Of a stretch of 64,000 nucleotides of DNA, positions 40,078 through 49,885 are shown piece by piece; position 1 is the first letter of the stretch; every line of letters begins with the position of its first letter. Position numbers and translations under genes: made by a program. Below the pieces are notes generated by a model. It did no database searches. It was not told the DNA's origin and was given only the letters and a program-made list of their open reading frames with translations. Source of the DNA: an uncultured Gemmatimonadaceae bacterium (GTDB lineage Bacteria; Gemmatimonadota; Gemmatimonadetes; Gemmatimonadales; Gemmatimonadaceae); the NCBI GenBank assembly GCA_963829055.1, contig CAWHHI010000020.1, positions 800,001-864,000 on the forward strand, read 5' to 3'.

Positions 40078-41523
40078 TTAGGCAGCGGAGGGTCGGACCA
40101 CCGCGAAGTGTGCCATCATGCCGGCCGCGTGATGCTCCAGAATGTGGCAGTGGTACATCCACTCGCCCGGGCGATCATCCGGCACCCAGGCGATGCGGAC
40201 GCGCCCACCGGCCGGAACGTTCACGGTGTCCTCCCACGAACGCAGCGCCGTCGGCACACCGTTCCGCTCGATCACCTGAAAGAAGAAACCGTGGAGGTGA
40301 AACGGGTGATCGACGGCCGACGCGTTGACGATGTCCCAGATCTGCAACTCGCCCACGGTCACCGGGTCCGCTCGATGATGCCGCTCGCCGTTGACCAGGA
40401 ATTCCACCTCGCCTTCGACCGTGACTTCTTCGGTGAACGACACTTCGCGTGAGGCGGTAGTAGGACCGTCGACTAACGGCGTGATCGCACGCAGCACGTC
40501 GCGAACACTGGCGGCCGAAGGCGCTGCCGGACCGACACGCAGTGTCGCGAACGGCTCAGCACGCCCCTGACCGACTCCCCGGTCGTACGGCTCCGCGACG
40601 ACAGACAGGAGCTCACCCGGCTCGAACGGTCCGACGGCGAGGTCGACGCGTTCGCCAGGCGCGAGCAGCACGTCTCGCGCGACCACCGGCGCCTCGAGGA
40701 GACCACCGCCAGTGCCAAGGATCCGGAACGGCCGACGGCCGATCGCGAGTCGCACATAACGCGCACCGGCCGCGTTGATGATCCGCCAGCGCTCGACCTG
40801 TCCGCCCCAGATCATGAGCTCCGGCTCCGACGTGCCGTTCAGCAGGCGGACGTTGCCCTCCCGACCGCCGCGTCGCTCGGCTCCGTCGTGGGGCGCGACC
40901 TGCCCGTCCGCGTCGAGCATCACGTCGCTCAGCACGAACACGCGCTCGCGGTCCAGCAACGGCTCGTCGGCCGCGCGCACGATGATCGCCCCATACAAGC
41001 CGCGCTCCAACTGAACGGGCTCGTTGCTGTGCGTGTGATACCAGAACGTGCCCGCGTCGAGCAGCGTGAAGCGATACGTGAACGTGTCGCCGGGCGGGAT
41101 CGGGTGCTGCACCATGTCGGTGCCGTCCATCGCGGCCGGCAGCCGCAGACCGTGCCAGTGAAGCGTGGTCGGTTCCGGAAGATGATTCGTTAGGCGGACC
41201 TCGAGCACGTCGCCCACACGCGCCTCGATGCACGGGCCCGGCACCTGACCGTTGAACGTCCACGCGCGTGTCGGCCGACGACTCGTGAACTCCCAGTCAG
41301 ATTCGCGGGCCTCGAGGTCCACGCGCACGACCATACCGCCGGGCTCCGGCTGTGCCTCGCGGTACGCTCGCTGGTACGCGGCGGGCGTGTCGCCGGACGG
41401 CGCGTGAATCATCGCGCCATGGCTGCCATGATCGTGCGCGACGTGCGCGTGCGCGGCATGCGCGGCATGGCCGTGACTATGATCGTCAGTCGAGTGCTGA
41501 TGGTGTTCTGAGTGTTGTGGCAT
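40078..41523 (-). CDS. Multicopper oxidase with His-rich N-terminus
   Basis: All four Cu motifs present: HWHG, WYHTH, HPFHLHG, HCHILEHHAAGMM. Confidence 0.95.
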   Translation of the reverse strand: MPQHSEHHQHSTDDHSHGHAAHAAHAHVAHDHGSHGAMIHAPSGDTPAAYQRAYREAQPEPGGMVVRVDLEARESDWEFTSRRPTRAWTFNGQVPGPCIEARVGDVLEVRLTNHLPEPTTLHWHGLRLPAAMDGTDMVQHPIPPGDTFTYRFTLLDAGTFWYHTHSNEPVQLERGLYGAIIVRAADEPLLDRERVFVLSDVMLDADGQVAPHDGAERRGGREGNVRLLNGTSEPELMIWGGQVERWRIINAAGARYVRLAIGRRPFRILGTGGGLLEAPVVARDVLLAPGERVDLAVGPFEPGELLSVVAEPYDRGVGQGRAEPFATLRVGPAAPSAASVRDVLRAITPLVDGPTTASREVSFTEEVTVEGEVEFLVNGERHHRADPVTVGELQIWDIVNASAVDHPFHLHGFFFQVIERNGVPTALRSWEDTVNVPAGGRVRIAWVPDDRPGEWMYHCHILEHHAAGMMAHFAVVRPSAA

Positions 41524-41592
41524 TGGACGCACCAGGTCTGGAGTGAAGGCTCGTAAGGAAGTCAGGTTCTCGGGCTTCGTTGCTACGGGTTG

Positions 41593-42085
41593 TTACGGGA
41601 GTGCGCGCCACCGTTCCTTCGGAGACCATGCGCCGATCAGCGCGCCGGACGCACCAGCCCACGCGGCGGCCGACACCGCCATCTCCGGCGGGACTCGGGT
41701 CACCTTCCTTGTGATGGATGGCCGCCCCCGCAGCACTCAACGCCCCCGTGATGAGCGCCGGCAGCAGCGCGCCGTCCAACGCGGCCCGCCAACGCGGCGG
41801 ATGTCCGCCACTCACGTACATCCGACTCACGGACGTGCGGGGGACGCGGAGGGCAGCGGCGCCGGGCCTAACGACGATCAGCAGCGTGTCGGAACGAACT
41901 TCCTCCAGCGTACCGACCACCGATTGTGCGCGTGCCCTATGAAACCGCTGCCGATCTACCGGCAGGTCCACGCGGATGCGGGCATTCGCGGGAATGGTGG
42001 TCAGCGACTGAGCATTGACTATCCCGGCTGCCGTGAGCAGGCCGAGCGCGACGAGAGGAGCGAGGTAGAGGGTGGAGCCTGACAT
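41593..42085 (-). CDS. Hypothetical secreted/membrane protein, probable frameshift near 41685
   Basis: Signal peptide, VGTLEEVRSDTLLI; alternative-frame C-terminus GALIGAWSPKERWRALP*. Confidence 0.6.
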
Positions 42086-42111
42086 TTGCGATTATCCTCG
42101 TGACAGTTGGT

Positions 42112-43392
42112 TCAGCGGCGCGATGCCGGAGCTTCGAGATAGGTGGCGGGCGCGACCAGCGGCCCGCTGAGCGTGTGCAGAAACGCCACGAGCTGGCGCT
42201 GATCGTTAGGCGAGAGTCGGACGGGCTTGAGCTCGCTCTGTCCGAACGGCGCCGCGGGAGCAGTCGCGTAGTGCGCGACCACGTCCGCCAGTGTCGCCAA
42301 CTGGCCGGCGTGCATGTACGGCGCTCGGCCCGCCACGTTGCGCAGCGACGGCGTCTTGTAGGCGCGGACGAGCTCGGGGCCGTCCGTGACCGCGAAGCGC
42401 AGCTCCTCGCAATCCTCCGGCTTCGCGTCGCTGTACCGGCTCGTGCAGTTGAACTCACCGGCGACGACCTGACGCACGCCGACGGCACGACCGCTGTCGG
42501 GCGGCAGCGACACGCGCAGGCAGCGGCACGCCGGTGTTGTGGAAGTGGTCGTCGGTGAATTGCGGCCCGTTATGACACGTCACACAGCGAGCGCGTCCGA
42601 CGAAGAGCCGCAGCCCGGCTTCCTCGTCACGTCGTCAGGGTGCTCTCGGGCGTGTGACCTCCGCCCGCCAGCTCCGCGTCGACGTAGCGATCGAAGCGCG
42701 ATGCGCCGAACTCGATGCGTCGCTCGTAGGCGGCGATCGCCTTGCCAATGTTCGCGTACACGCGGGAGACGTCGTCGCGACGAGCCTCGGGCATACGCTC
42801 CCACGAGGCGCGCCAGGCGGTGTCAGACACCGGACCGGCTCGACTCGGCAGCCCGGACATGTCAGGCAGCAACCCGAACACCGCTTCGTACTGATCGCGG
42901 TACTGCTCTGCGATGACGTGCGCGTACTGCGTGCGGCTGCCCCCGTGCTCCACCGCGCTCTCGAGTGGGCCGAGCGCCTGCGCCCACTGACTGTCGGTGC
43001 GGCCATCCCAGAACAGCCACGGGCTGTGCGCCGTCCCCGCGATCGGCATCGTGCGACGCGCCGTCGTGCCGACGCCGTGGGCGAGTGGCGTCCCGTCCTG
43101 GAAATCCTGCGCGGCGACGTGGCACGTGGCGCACGCCACCTTCCCGTTCCCGCTGAGCCGCGTGTCGAAGAAGAGCTCGCGGCCGAGCGCCGCCGCGCGC
43201 GGGTCGTTGGCATAGCGGTTGGACGGGTCGGCTGCCGAGCGGCGCGAGGCTGCTGAGCGACAGCGAGCGCAGGAGGGTGAGCTCCTCGCGCGTCCATTTC
43301 ACGGACCGCTGCCTAACGTTCCCGATGGTGACGGCGACGATGCCGACGAGTCCGAGACCAACGAGGACAGACACGAGGCGTGAGCGAGGCAT
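42112..43392 (-). CDS. Di-heme cytochrome c peroxidase (CCP/MauG family), several frameshifts
   Basis: [24 protein letters not shown], second CVTCH (~42572-42587), [17 protein letters not shown]. Confidence 0.9.
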
Positions 43393-43405
43393 GGGACCGT
43401 CCTCC

Positions 43406-43873
43406 TCAGAGTCCGAGGTTGAAGGTGACGGTATCGGTGCCGGCGCTGCTCGTGATCGCGAACCGCACGACCCACCAGCCGCCCATGTTGAACTTCACGC
43501 CTTCGACGAGGTGGTCGCCGTTGCCGAGCGCGCGCGTGACGCGCGGCTTCGTCGGAAGACCGTGGCCGTGCTGCGGCATCCCGCCGTTCATCGTGATCGT
43601 CGCGGCGTCGACCGGGCTGCCTTCCGCGGTCTCGACGTGCAGCGTCCAGACCTGGAGGCTGCGTACCGGAATGGGCACCGCACTCGGACGGACCGCCGCC
43701 CGGTATAGCTGGTGCGCCGACAGCTTCGCCATCCCGATATCGGGGCTTGGCACGCTGCCACGGTAGTGGCTGCAGGCCGCCAGAAGGAGGAGCACGCCTG
43801 CGGTCGCCAAGGCCGTCCGCTGGACGGAGCGGCGCAGGCGTAACGTTGTGGGGAGAGGGGACAGCGAGGACAT
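43406..43873 (-). CDS. YtkA/FixH-like lipoprotein
   Basis: LLLAAC lipobox; GGMPQHGHGLPTKPRVT...VEGVKFNMGGWW. Confidence 0.8.
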   Translation of the reverse strand: MSSLSPLPTTLRLRRSVQRTALATAGVLLLLAACSHYRGSVPSPDIGMAKLSAHQLYRAAVRPSAVPIPVRSLQVWTLHVETAEGSPVDAATITMNGGMPQHGHGLPTKPRVTRALGNGDHLVEGVKFNMGGWWVVRFAITSSAGTDTVTFNLGL

Positions 43874-44103
43874 AGAGGTAGCGATCCTTGGGTCGCGAGT
43901 TCAGAGTGGTGACGCACCCCGAACGTCGTGAAATCGCCCCTCGCGCTATAGCACGAGACCCACCTTTTGGTACAATCCGCCTCGCGAAGTCGTCGCCCCG
44001 CGGCGCCGATGCCACGTTCGTCTTGCGCCCGCTCCAGGCGGACCCGATCGTGTCGCGTGAGCTCGGCCCGCGAGCTCAGATCCCAGCCATCGCTGGAGGG
44101 CAC

Positions 44104-44922
44104 ATGCCAGCTCCCGTCACGCTGGAACGCTACGTCGGCCCAGCCCTCTACGTGCATGGGCAGGGCGAGGTCATCGTATACGAGGGGAGCTTCACGGCTG
44201 GGCAGGTCATCCCGTGCCACGTGCATGCGGAGCCGGTGATCAGCCTCGTGCTGGAAGGCGACGGCGTCGAGGAGGTCGGCGGCCGTACCCGCCTCCTCAC
44301 CGCTCACGATCTATTGATGACGCCGGCCTACGCGCTGCATGGCTACCGGTTCGGCCACACCGGGCGGTGGTTCAACATGCAGCTCACCGACTCGTGGTTG
44401 GCGCGCGTCGCCGAAGGCACCCCGGCGCTGCCGACCGCGGCGCAGATCGTTCACAGCCACGCGGCGGCCGCGTGGGCGACGCGCGTCCGAACGGAGGTCC
44501 GGCACCGCGACACCGTCTCGAGCCTGGCGATCGACGGCGCGATGATCCTGATGGTCGCGGACCTCGCGCGCGTCCGTGTGGACGCGGCTCTCAGGCGGCC
44601 GCGCTGGCTCGCGGCAGTGGAGGACGCCATCGAGTCCGCGCCGGCCTCACCGCCCTCGATAGCGGATCTCGCGCTGATCGCCGGGGTGCATCCCACGCAT
44701 CTGCTGCGCACGTTCCGACGGCATCATGGCGTCACGATATCGAATTACGTTAGGCAGCGTCGCATCCAGCGCGCTCGCGTCCAGGTCGCGAACGGCGATC
44801 GACCGCTCTCCATGATCGCGCTCGACGCTGGGTTCTCGGACCAGTCCCACTTCACGCGCGTGTTCCGGCAGGCGTTCGGCGAGACGCCGGGGCAGTACGC
44901 GCGCTCGCTGCGCGGTCACTGA
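44104..44922 (+). CDS. AraC family transcriptional regulator
   Basis: Cupin-like HVH..., HPTHLLRTFR, IALDAGFSDQSHFTRVFRQAFGETPGQY. Confidence 0.93.
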   Translation: MPAPVTLERYVGPALYVHGQGEVIVYEGSFTAGQVIPCHVHAEPVISLVLEGDGVEEVGGRTRLLTAHDLLMTPAYALHGYRFGHTGRWFNMQLTDSWLARVAEGTPALPTAAQIVHSHAAAAWATRVRTEVRHRDTVSSLAIDGAMILMVADLARVRVDAALRRPRWLAAVEDAIESAPASPPSIADLALIAGVHPTHLLRTFRRHHGVTISNYVRQRRIQRARVQVANGDRPLSMIALDAGFSDQSHFTRVFRQAFGETPGQYARSLRGH

Positions 44923-45009
44923 GAGACGACCGCGTCCGGATTGGCCACGGCGACCGCGATACGGCCGCCTTCCGGCCGTGCACGTCCACTACAGGACAAT
45001 ATCAGGCCA

Positions 45010-46580
45010 ATGAGAATGTCGATGCGTCAACGAATCGCCGTGATCGCCGTCCTCGCGTTCAACGCAACGGCCCTCGGAGCACAGGCAGACCCGCCGTTGA
45101 TCTCGCGAGAATTCCGAGGCGCCTGGGTCGCGAGCGTCGCGAACATCGACTGGCCGTCGCGTCCTGGACTGTCGTCGTTCGAGCAACAGGCGGAGCTCAT
45201 CGCCATCCTCAATCGCTCCGTCGCGCTCAACCTGAACGCCGTCATTCTGCAGGTACGACCCGCGGCCGATGCACTCTACGACTCGCCGTACGAGCCGTGG
45301 TCCGCATACCTGACCGGCGTGGAGGGCCGAGCACCGGAGCCGTACTACGATCCGCTCACGTTCGCGGTGGACGAGGCGCACAAGCGCGGCCTCGAGCTCC
45401 ACGCCTGGTTCAACCCGTACCGCGCTCGGCACGCCAGCGCCCGCGGTCCACAGGCGCGCACGCACATCAACGCCACGCACGCGGACCTCGTGCGCACGTA
45501 CGGGCGCTATCAGTGGATGGACCCGGGCGAGCCGGCGGTACGGGCGCAGACCCTTCGCGTCATGCTCGATGTCGTCAAGCGTTATGACGTCGACGGCATC
45601 CATCTCGACGACTACTTCTATCCGTATCCGGAGATCGGGCCCGACAGCGCCGCGATCCCCTTCCCCGACTCCGCGAGCTACGCGCGTTATGTGCGCGGCG
45701 GCGGCACGCTCGAGCGCAACGATTGGCGGCGCGAGAACGTGAATCTGCTCATCCGCGACATCTACCGCCGCACGAAGGCGCTCAAGCCGTGGGTGAAGGT
45801 CGGCGTCAGTCCGTTCGGCATCTGGCGGCCCGGGTCGCCACCGACGATCGCCGGCTTCGATTCCTATGACAAGCTGTACGCCGACTCGCGGAAGTGGCTG
45901 CGCGAGGGATGGATCGACTATTTCACCCCGCAGCTCTACTGGCCGATCGCGCAGGCCGCGCAGAGCTATCCCACGCTGCTGAACTGGTGGATGGCCGAGA
46001 ACGTGAAGCATCGCCACATGTGGCCTGGCCATAACGCGAGTCGTGCGGCAGGGACCGTGTGGGCGCCTGACGAGTTGCTCGAACAGATACGCCTGACGCG
46101 GGCGGCGAACGCCGGCGGCGACATCCACTTCAGCATGCGTGCGCTGATGCCCGCGAACGGTGTGCGCCGCGACTCCGTGCTCGTGGGGGTCGCGACGCAG
46201 CCGCCAGCGCAGGCGAACGCCGCCGCGCTCGCGGACCGCGTGCGCGCGCAGCTGTACGCCGAGCCGGCGCTCGTGCCGGCGTCGCCGTGGCTGAGCACTG
46301 CACGACCCGCTCGACCCTCCGCGCAGACGTCCGCGCCGACTCGGCCACAACGGAACGGGTCGTGCGCCTAACGCCTGGCGACGGCAAGCGCGTCGCGTGG
46401 TGGACGGTCCGCGTGCTGGAGGGCGGCGCGTGGCGGTCGTGGGTGCTTCCAGGCGCGCAACGCAGGCTGGTCGTCTCTGGAGTCGGCGAGACAGGACCGA
46501 TTCGAGTTCTCGTCACCGCCGTCGATCGCTACGGGACGGAAAGTGTCGTTGTCACTGCAAGACAGGTTGGCCAGGACTGA
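45010..46580 (+). CDS. Glycosyl hydrolase-like family 10 (GHL10/DUF187, YddW-like), frameshift near 46320
   Basis: EFRGAWVASVANIDWPS, QVRPAADALY, HAWFNPYR, YDVDGIHLDDYFYPY, DYFTPQLYW; C-terminal VTAVDRYGTES in the next frame. Confidence 0.9.
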
Positions 46581-46790
46581 CAGGATCGGCGAGGATGACG
46601 GGCTTGCGGACGTCAGGCCGGCAACGGCAACGTGCAACTGCAAGACAGGATTGGCAGGATGGACAGGATTGAACAGAGGCTCCGAGATCGTGTTCCCTCC
46701 AGTCGTTAGGCCCCCGGCGACACGACTCTCCGACGCCGAGGCAGTCATCTTCTCAATCCTGCCAATCCTGGCCATCCTGTCTTGCTGTTC
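46554..46790. mobile_element. Family A element, internally deleted copy with an extra left arm
   Basis: caagacaggattggcaggatggacaggattgaacagaggctccg...cgacgccgaggcagtcatcttctcaatcctgccaatcctggccatcctgtcttg. Confidence 0.75.
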
Positions 46791-46805
46791 CCGCAGTTCA
46801 GTAGT

Positions 46806-46929
46806 TGTCATCCCGAGCGCCACCGCAAGCATCAGCGAGGGATCTTCGTGCGAACGTGATTGTGGCTGGATCTGGCTACGAGGTACATCAGAGAAGATCC
46901 CTCGCTCGCTATCGCTCCTCGGGATGACA
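46806..46929. repeat. REP-like family B variant (GTCATCCCGAG...CTCGGGATGAC with gagggatctt/aagatccctc inner stem)
   Basis: Terminal and inner inverted repeats; similar to 62985-63089. Confidence 0.8.
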
Positions 46930-46935
46930 CGAGAG

Positions 46936-48171
46936 CTACGGCCTCGAGAACACCGACCCGTGCGGCACCGCATTGCCCGTAGCGCCGTGCGGCCAGCGGT
47001 CCCGCGTGAAGCTCACGCCCGGAACCGTCGCGCCTTCGTCGCGGAAGGAGTCGTCGATGCGGAGCGCGCCGGTGCGCTGGTCCAGCGCGACGAGGTACAC
47101 ACGAGACTTCCCGTCGTTCACCACCAGACGGGACCCGCCCTCGTCGAACGCCATCCAGTGCGGGCCGAACGTCGAGTCGAACGTCACACGACCGATCTCG
47201 CGAGGATGCGCCGAGTCGCTGACGTCGAGCGAGACGAGCGCATGCTCATCCGGAATGGTCTGGATCCACGTCGATCCGACGAGCACAGGAACCGCACAGT
47301 TCTCACCCCCGAACGCGCGCAGGAACTCCACTCGCGGGGCCGCACCGTCGATGTCCGTCACACGATAGAAGCCGCACGTGAACGTCGCGAGCAACACCGT
47401 ACGCCCGTCGGCGAGCACGCGCGGCTCGCCGGGAAAGAGGTGGTGGTCTTCTACCCTGGATTTCGCCATCGCGGCGTGCGAGTGCCCGTCACTCTTCGTG
47501 GTCGCGGGCAACTCGATCGTCTGCAGCAGCGTCAGGTCGGACAGACGCCAGATCTGCAGGTGCGCGCCGAAGTCGGCGATCATGTCGGTGCTCGTCGACA
47601 CCACGCGATCGATCCCCGGCAATACCGCCAGACTGTACGGCCGCATCTGCGCGCTATCGAACGCCGGCGCGCGCGCACTGCTCGCGCGCACGAGATGTCC
47701 CTGACGGTCCAGCTCCACGAGACCGCCGGGCGGGATGTTCTTCGCGCCGCGCCCCTGGAATGTCGCCAGCACGTTGCCGTTAGGCAGCTTCACGAACGAA
47801 TGCGGGAAGCCGAACTCGCCGAGCTCCGTGAACGAGCCGAGGAGGCGCGGTTGGCCTGGCCGTGAGAGGTCGAAGCGGAACGTGCGGCCGGCGCCGAATC
47901 CGTTCGCGAACAACACGCCGTCGCGCTCGAGTTGATGCTCGGTGTGGTGCGGCGTCGTTGCTCGTACTCCAACCGGGAGTGTGGAGAGCACTCGCGCGTA
48001 CGTCGGCGAGCCCGGTCGCGTGTCGATGACCGCGAGGAAATCACTCTGGAGCGTGTCGGCGTCGCCGGTCCACACGTACAGGTAGGGCGCTGGCCGAGGT
48101 GCCTGACTGAGCGCAGCGGTCGCGCGGATGGCGAGCAGTGCAACAGTGAACCAGCGTGCGCTTGGATGCAC
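46936..48171 (-). CDS. Secreted SBP56 (selenium-binding/methanethiol oxidase)-like beta-propeller protein
   Basis: SDFLAVIDTRPGSPTYARV...PHH, FPHSF, GGLVELD, GPHWM, PHGSVF; signal peptide. Confidence 0.7.
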   Translation of the reverse strand: MHPSARWFTVALLAIRATAALSQAPRPAPYLYVWTGDADTLQSDFLAVIDTRPGSPTYARVLSTLPVGVRATTPHHTEHQLERDGVLFANGFGAGRTFRFDLSRPGQPRLLGSFTELGEFGFPHSFVKLPNGNVLATFQGRGAKNIPPGGLVELDRQGHLVRASSARAPAFDSAQMRPYSLAVLPGIDRVVSTSTDMIADFGAHLQIWRLSDLTLLQTIELPATTKSDGHSHAAMAKSRVEDHHLFPGEPRVLADGRTVLLATFTCGFYRVTDIDGAAPRVEFLRAFGGENCAVPVLVGSTWIQTIPDEHALVSLDVSDSAHPREIGRVTFDSTFGPHWMAFDEGGSRLVVNDGKSRVYLVALDQRTGALRIDDSFRDEGATVPGVSFTRDRWPHGATGNAVPHGSVFSRP

Positions 48172-48692
48172 TAGCGATCACGGAACGGGAGTTTGTCGCT
48201 GACCGCAGCAACGATCGGCAGCGCGACGAATGGAATGTGCCCGAAGAACTGAATCCACCAGCGGTAGTTGAAGGTGGGCGGCCGATGCGTGAATCGCGGG
48301 ACGATGACGATCGACATCATCATCCAGATGAATGGTCCGTACACGGCCGCCACCTTCGCCACGCCGTATCGCGTTGCAAGCACCCGACGGACCAGCGGCA
48401 GCCGCATCACCACGAACAGGAACACGGCCGCCCATCCGAACGCGACTCCGAAGTGCATCACGAGGCCGATGAGCGCGGTGTGCGCACCGCCTTCGAACGC
48501 TACGGCTCCGATCAGAACGGAGGCGACTCCCTGCCAGAGGCGCGTGACAGTCGAGCCATAGAAAAACGCGGCAAGAACACTCGAGAAAAGACCGTCGGTG
48601 ACGGCGGTCAGGAGCCACGCGCGCACGAGCCGGGATCCGGCGCCGCGGTAGATCGAGTCTTCTGAGTCCAGCACGACGGCATCAACCGACAT
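48171..48692 (-). CDS. Hypothetical four-TM membrane protein
   Basis: Hydrophobic helices; WQGVAS, GLVMHFGVAFGW, GHIPFVALPI. Confidence 0.7.
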   Translation of the reverse strand: MSVDAVVLDSEDSIYRGAGSRLVRAWLLTAVTDGLFSSVLAAFFYGSTVTRLWQGVASVLIGAVAFEGGAHTALIGLVMHFGVAFGWAAVFLFVVMRLPLVRRVLATRYGVAKVAAVYGPFIWMMMSIVIVPRFTHRPPTFNYRWWIQFFGHIPFVALPIVAAVSDKLPFRDR

Positions 48693-48752
48693 GGCGCTCC
48701 GGATCGGCGGCAGGCGAGTCAAGTAACGACGCCGGAGTCGCTTCCGCAACGC

Positions 48753-48825
48753 TGTCATCCCGAGGCCAGCCGGTGTCATCCCGACGGCGCGAGCTGTAGC
48801 AACGACGAGATCTTCTCGAAGGTCT
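48753..48825. repeat. Degenerate REP-like family B arms
   Basis: tgtcatcccgagg at 48753, tgtcatcccgacgg at 48774 and gatcttctcgaa. Confidence 0.55.
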
Positions 48826-48849
48826 TTGTGGCCAGTACGTAATCACGGC

Positions 48850-49602
48850 CTCAACGTCGGTACTACGCAACGCAGAGGGCTCACGAGCGCGCAGACCACG
48901 CGGATTCGGCCGCCCACCCCACGCACGATCGATCAGCGGCGACCACTCGGCGCCAAACGTCCGCTTCGCCCACGCCGCGCCCGCGCGCTTCGAGCCGGGA
49001 CGGCCCTCGACGACGTCATGCAGCATGCGACAGTAGCTCAGCACGATGAACCCTTGATAGAACCGATTCCGATACTCGTCAGGCTGATCGAGAATCTGTT
49101 GGCCCCAGCCCTGAATCGTGTCGAGCATCTCGCGACGCAGCACGTCGACGGGGATCGGATCGATCAGCGTCAGGGGATCTGGTCCGGACAGCGCGATCCC
49201 GTGCTCGCGCACGACCCACCTAACGACGATCGTGTTGCAGTGATCCGATCGCACGAGCGACCGACTGCCGTGATCGAGATACCAGAGCGGCGTCCCGCAC
49301 TCACGAACGTCGCGGAGTGTCGCCACGGGGAAGTACGACCCCTCGAGGTGCTTCGCCCACTCTGACTCGAGCGCGTACACGCGAGCGTGCACGGTCTGCA
49401 GCGCGGCGACCTGCGCCTCCGTCAGCTCATCCCGCGTGACGACGATGAAGTCGACATCGCTATCGCCGTCGAAGTCGCCGAGCGCGAACGAACCCTGCAG
49501 GTAGACGCCAGTGAGCGACTCACCCAGCGCGACTCGAATGTTCGAGAGCAACTCGTGCAGCACCGAGTTGAGCTCACCATAGGGCGTCGGGTCGCTCGTC
49601 AT
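48850..49602 (-). CDS. Aminoglycoside adenylyltransferase-like nucleotidyltransferase (AadA/DUF4111 type); 3' end uncertain
   Basis: GVYLQGSFALGDFDGDSDVDFIVV, HLEGSY, VLSYCRMLH, SKRAGAAW. Confidence 0.75.
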
Positions 49603-49885
49603 GGCCGCTCTCGCAGACTCACACGCCTTCCCCCCGAACATGTTCCGGCCCATGACGGTCCGAAGCGCAGCTTCGACACTCGGCCTCCAAGCTCATGCGT
49701 AATTGCCCGGCTCGTCGTTCATCGCCTAACGTGTATCGAGTGTCAGGCTGCACGGCCGACGCGATATCGATGCTTACCAGCGAAGTCGGAACAGAAGTTG
49801 AGATCGTGCCCTTCCCGCCCCGCGAGCTCGTACGATCCTCGCGGGCGCGTGACAACGCTTCCGCACAACTCAGCATCCCAACCGT

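Noticed and set aside
48850..49602. Bona fide aminoglycoside resistance gene aadA
   Set aside because: Only family-level NTase/DUF4111-type motifs are visible, with no mobile context; the substrate cannot be inferred.
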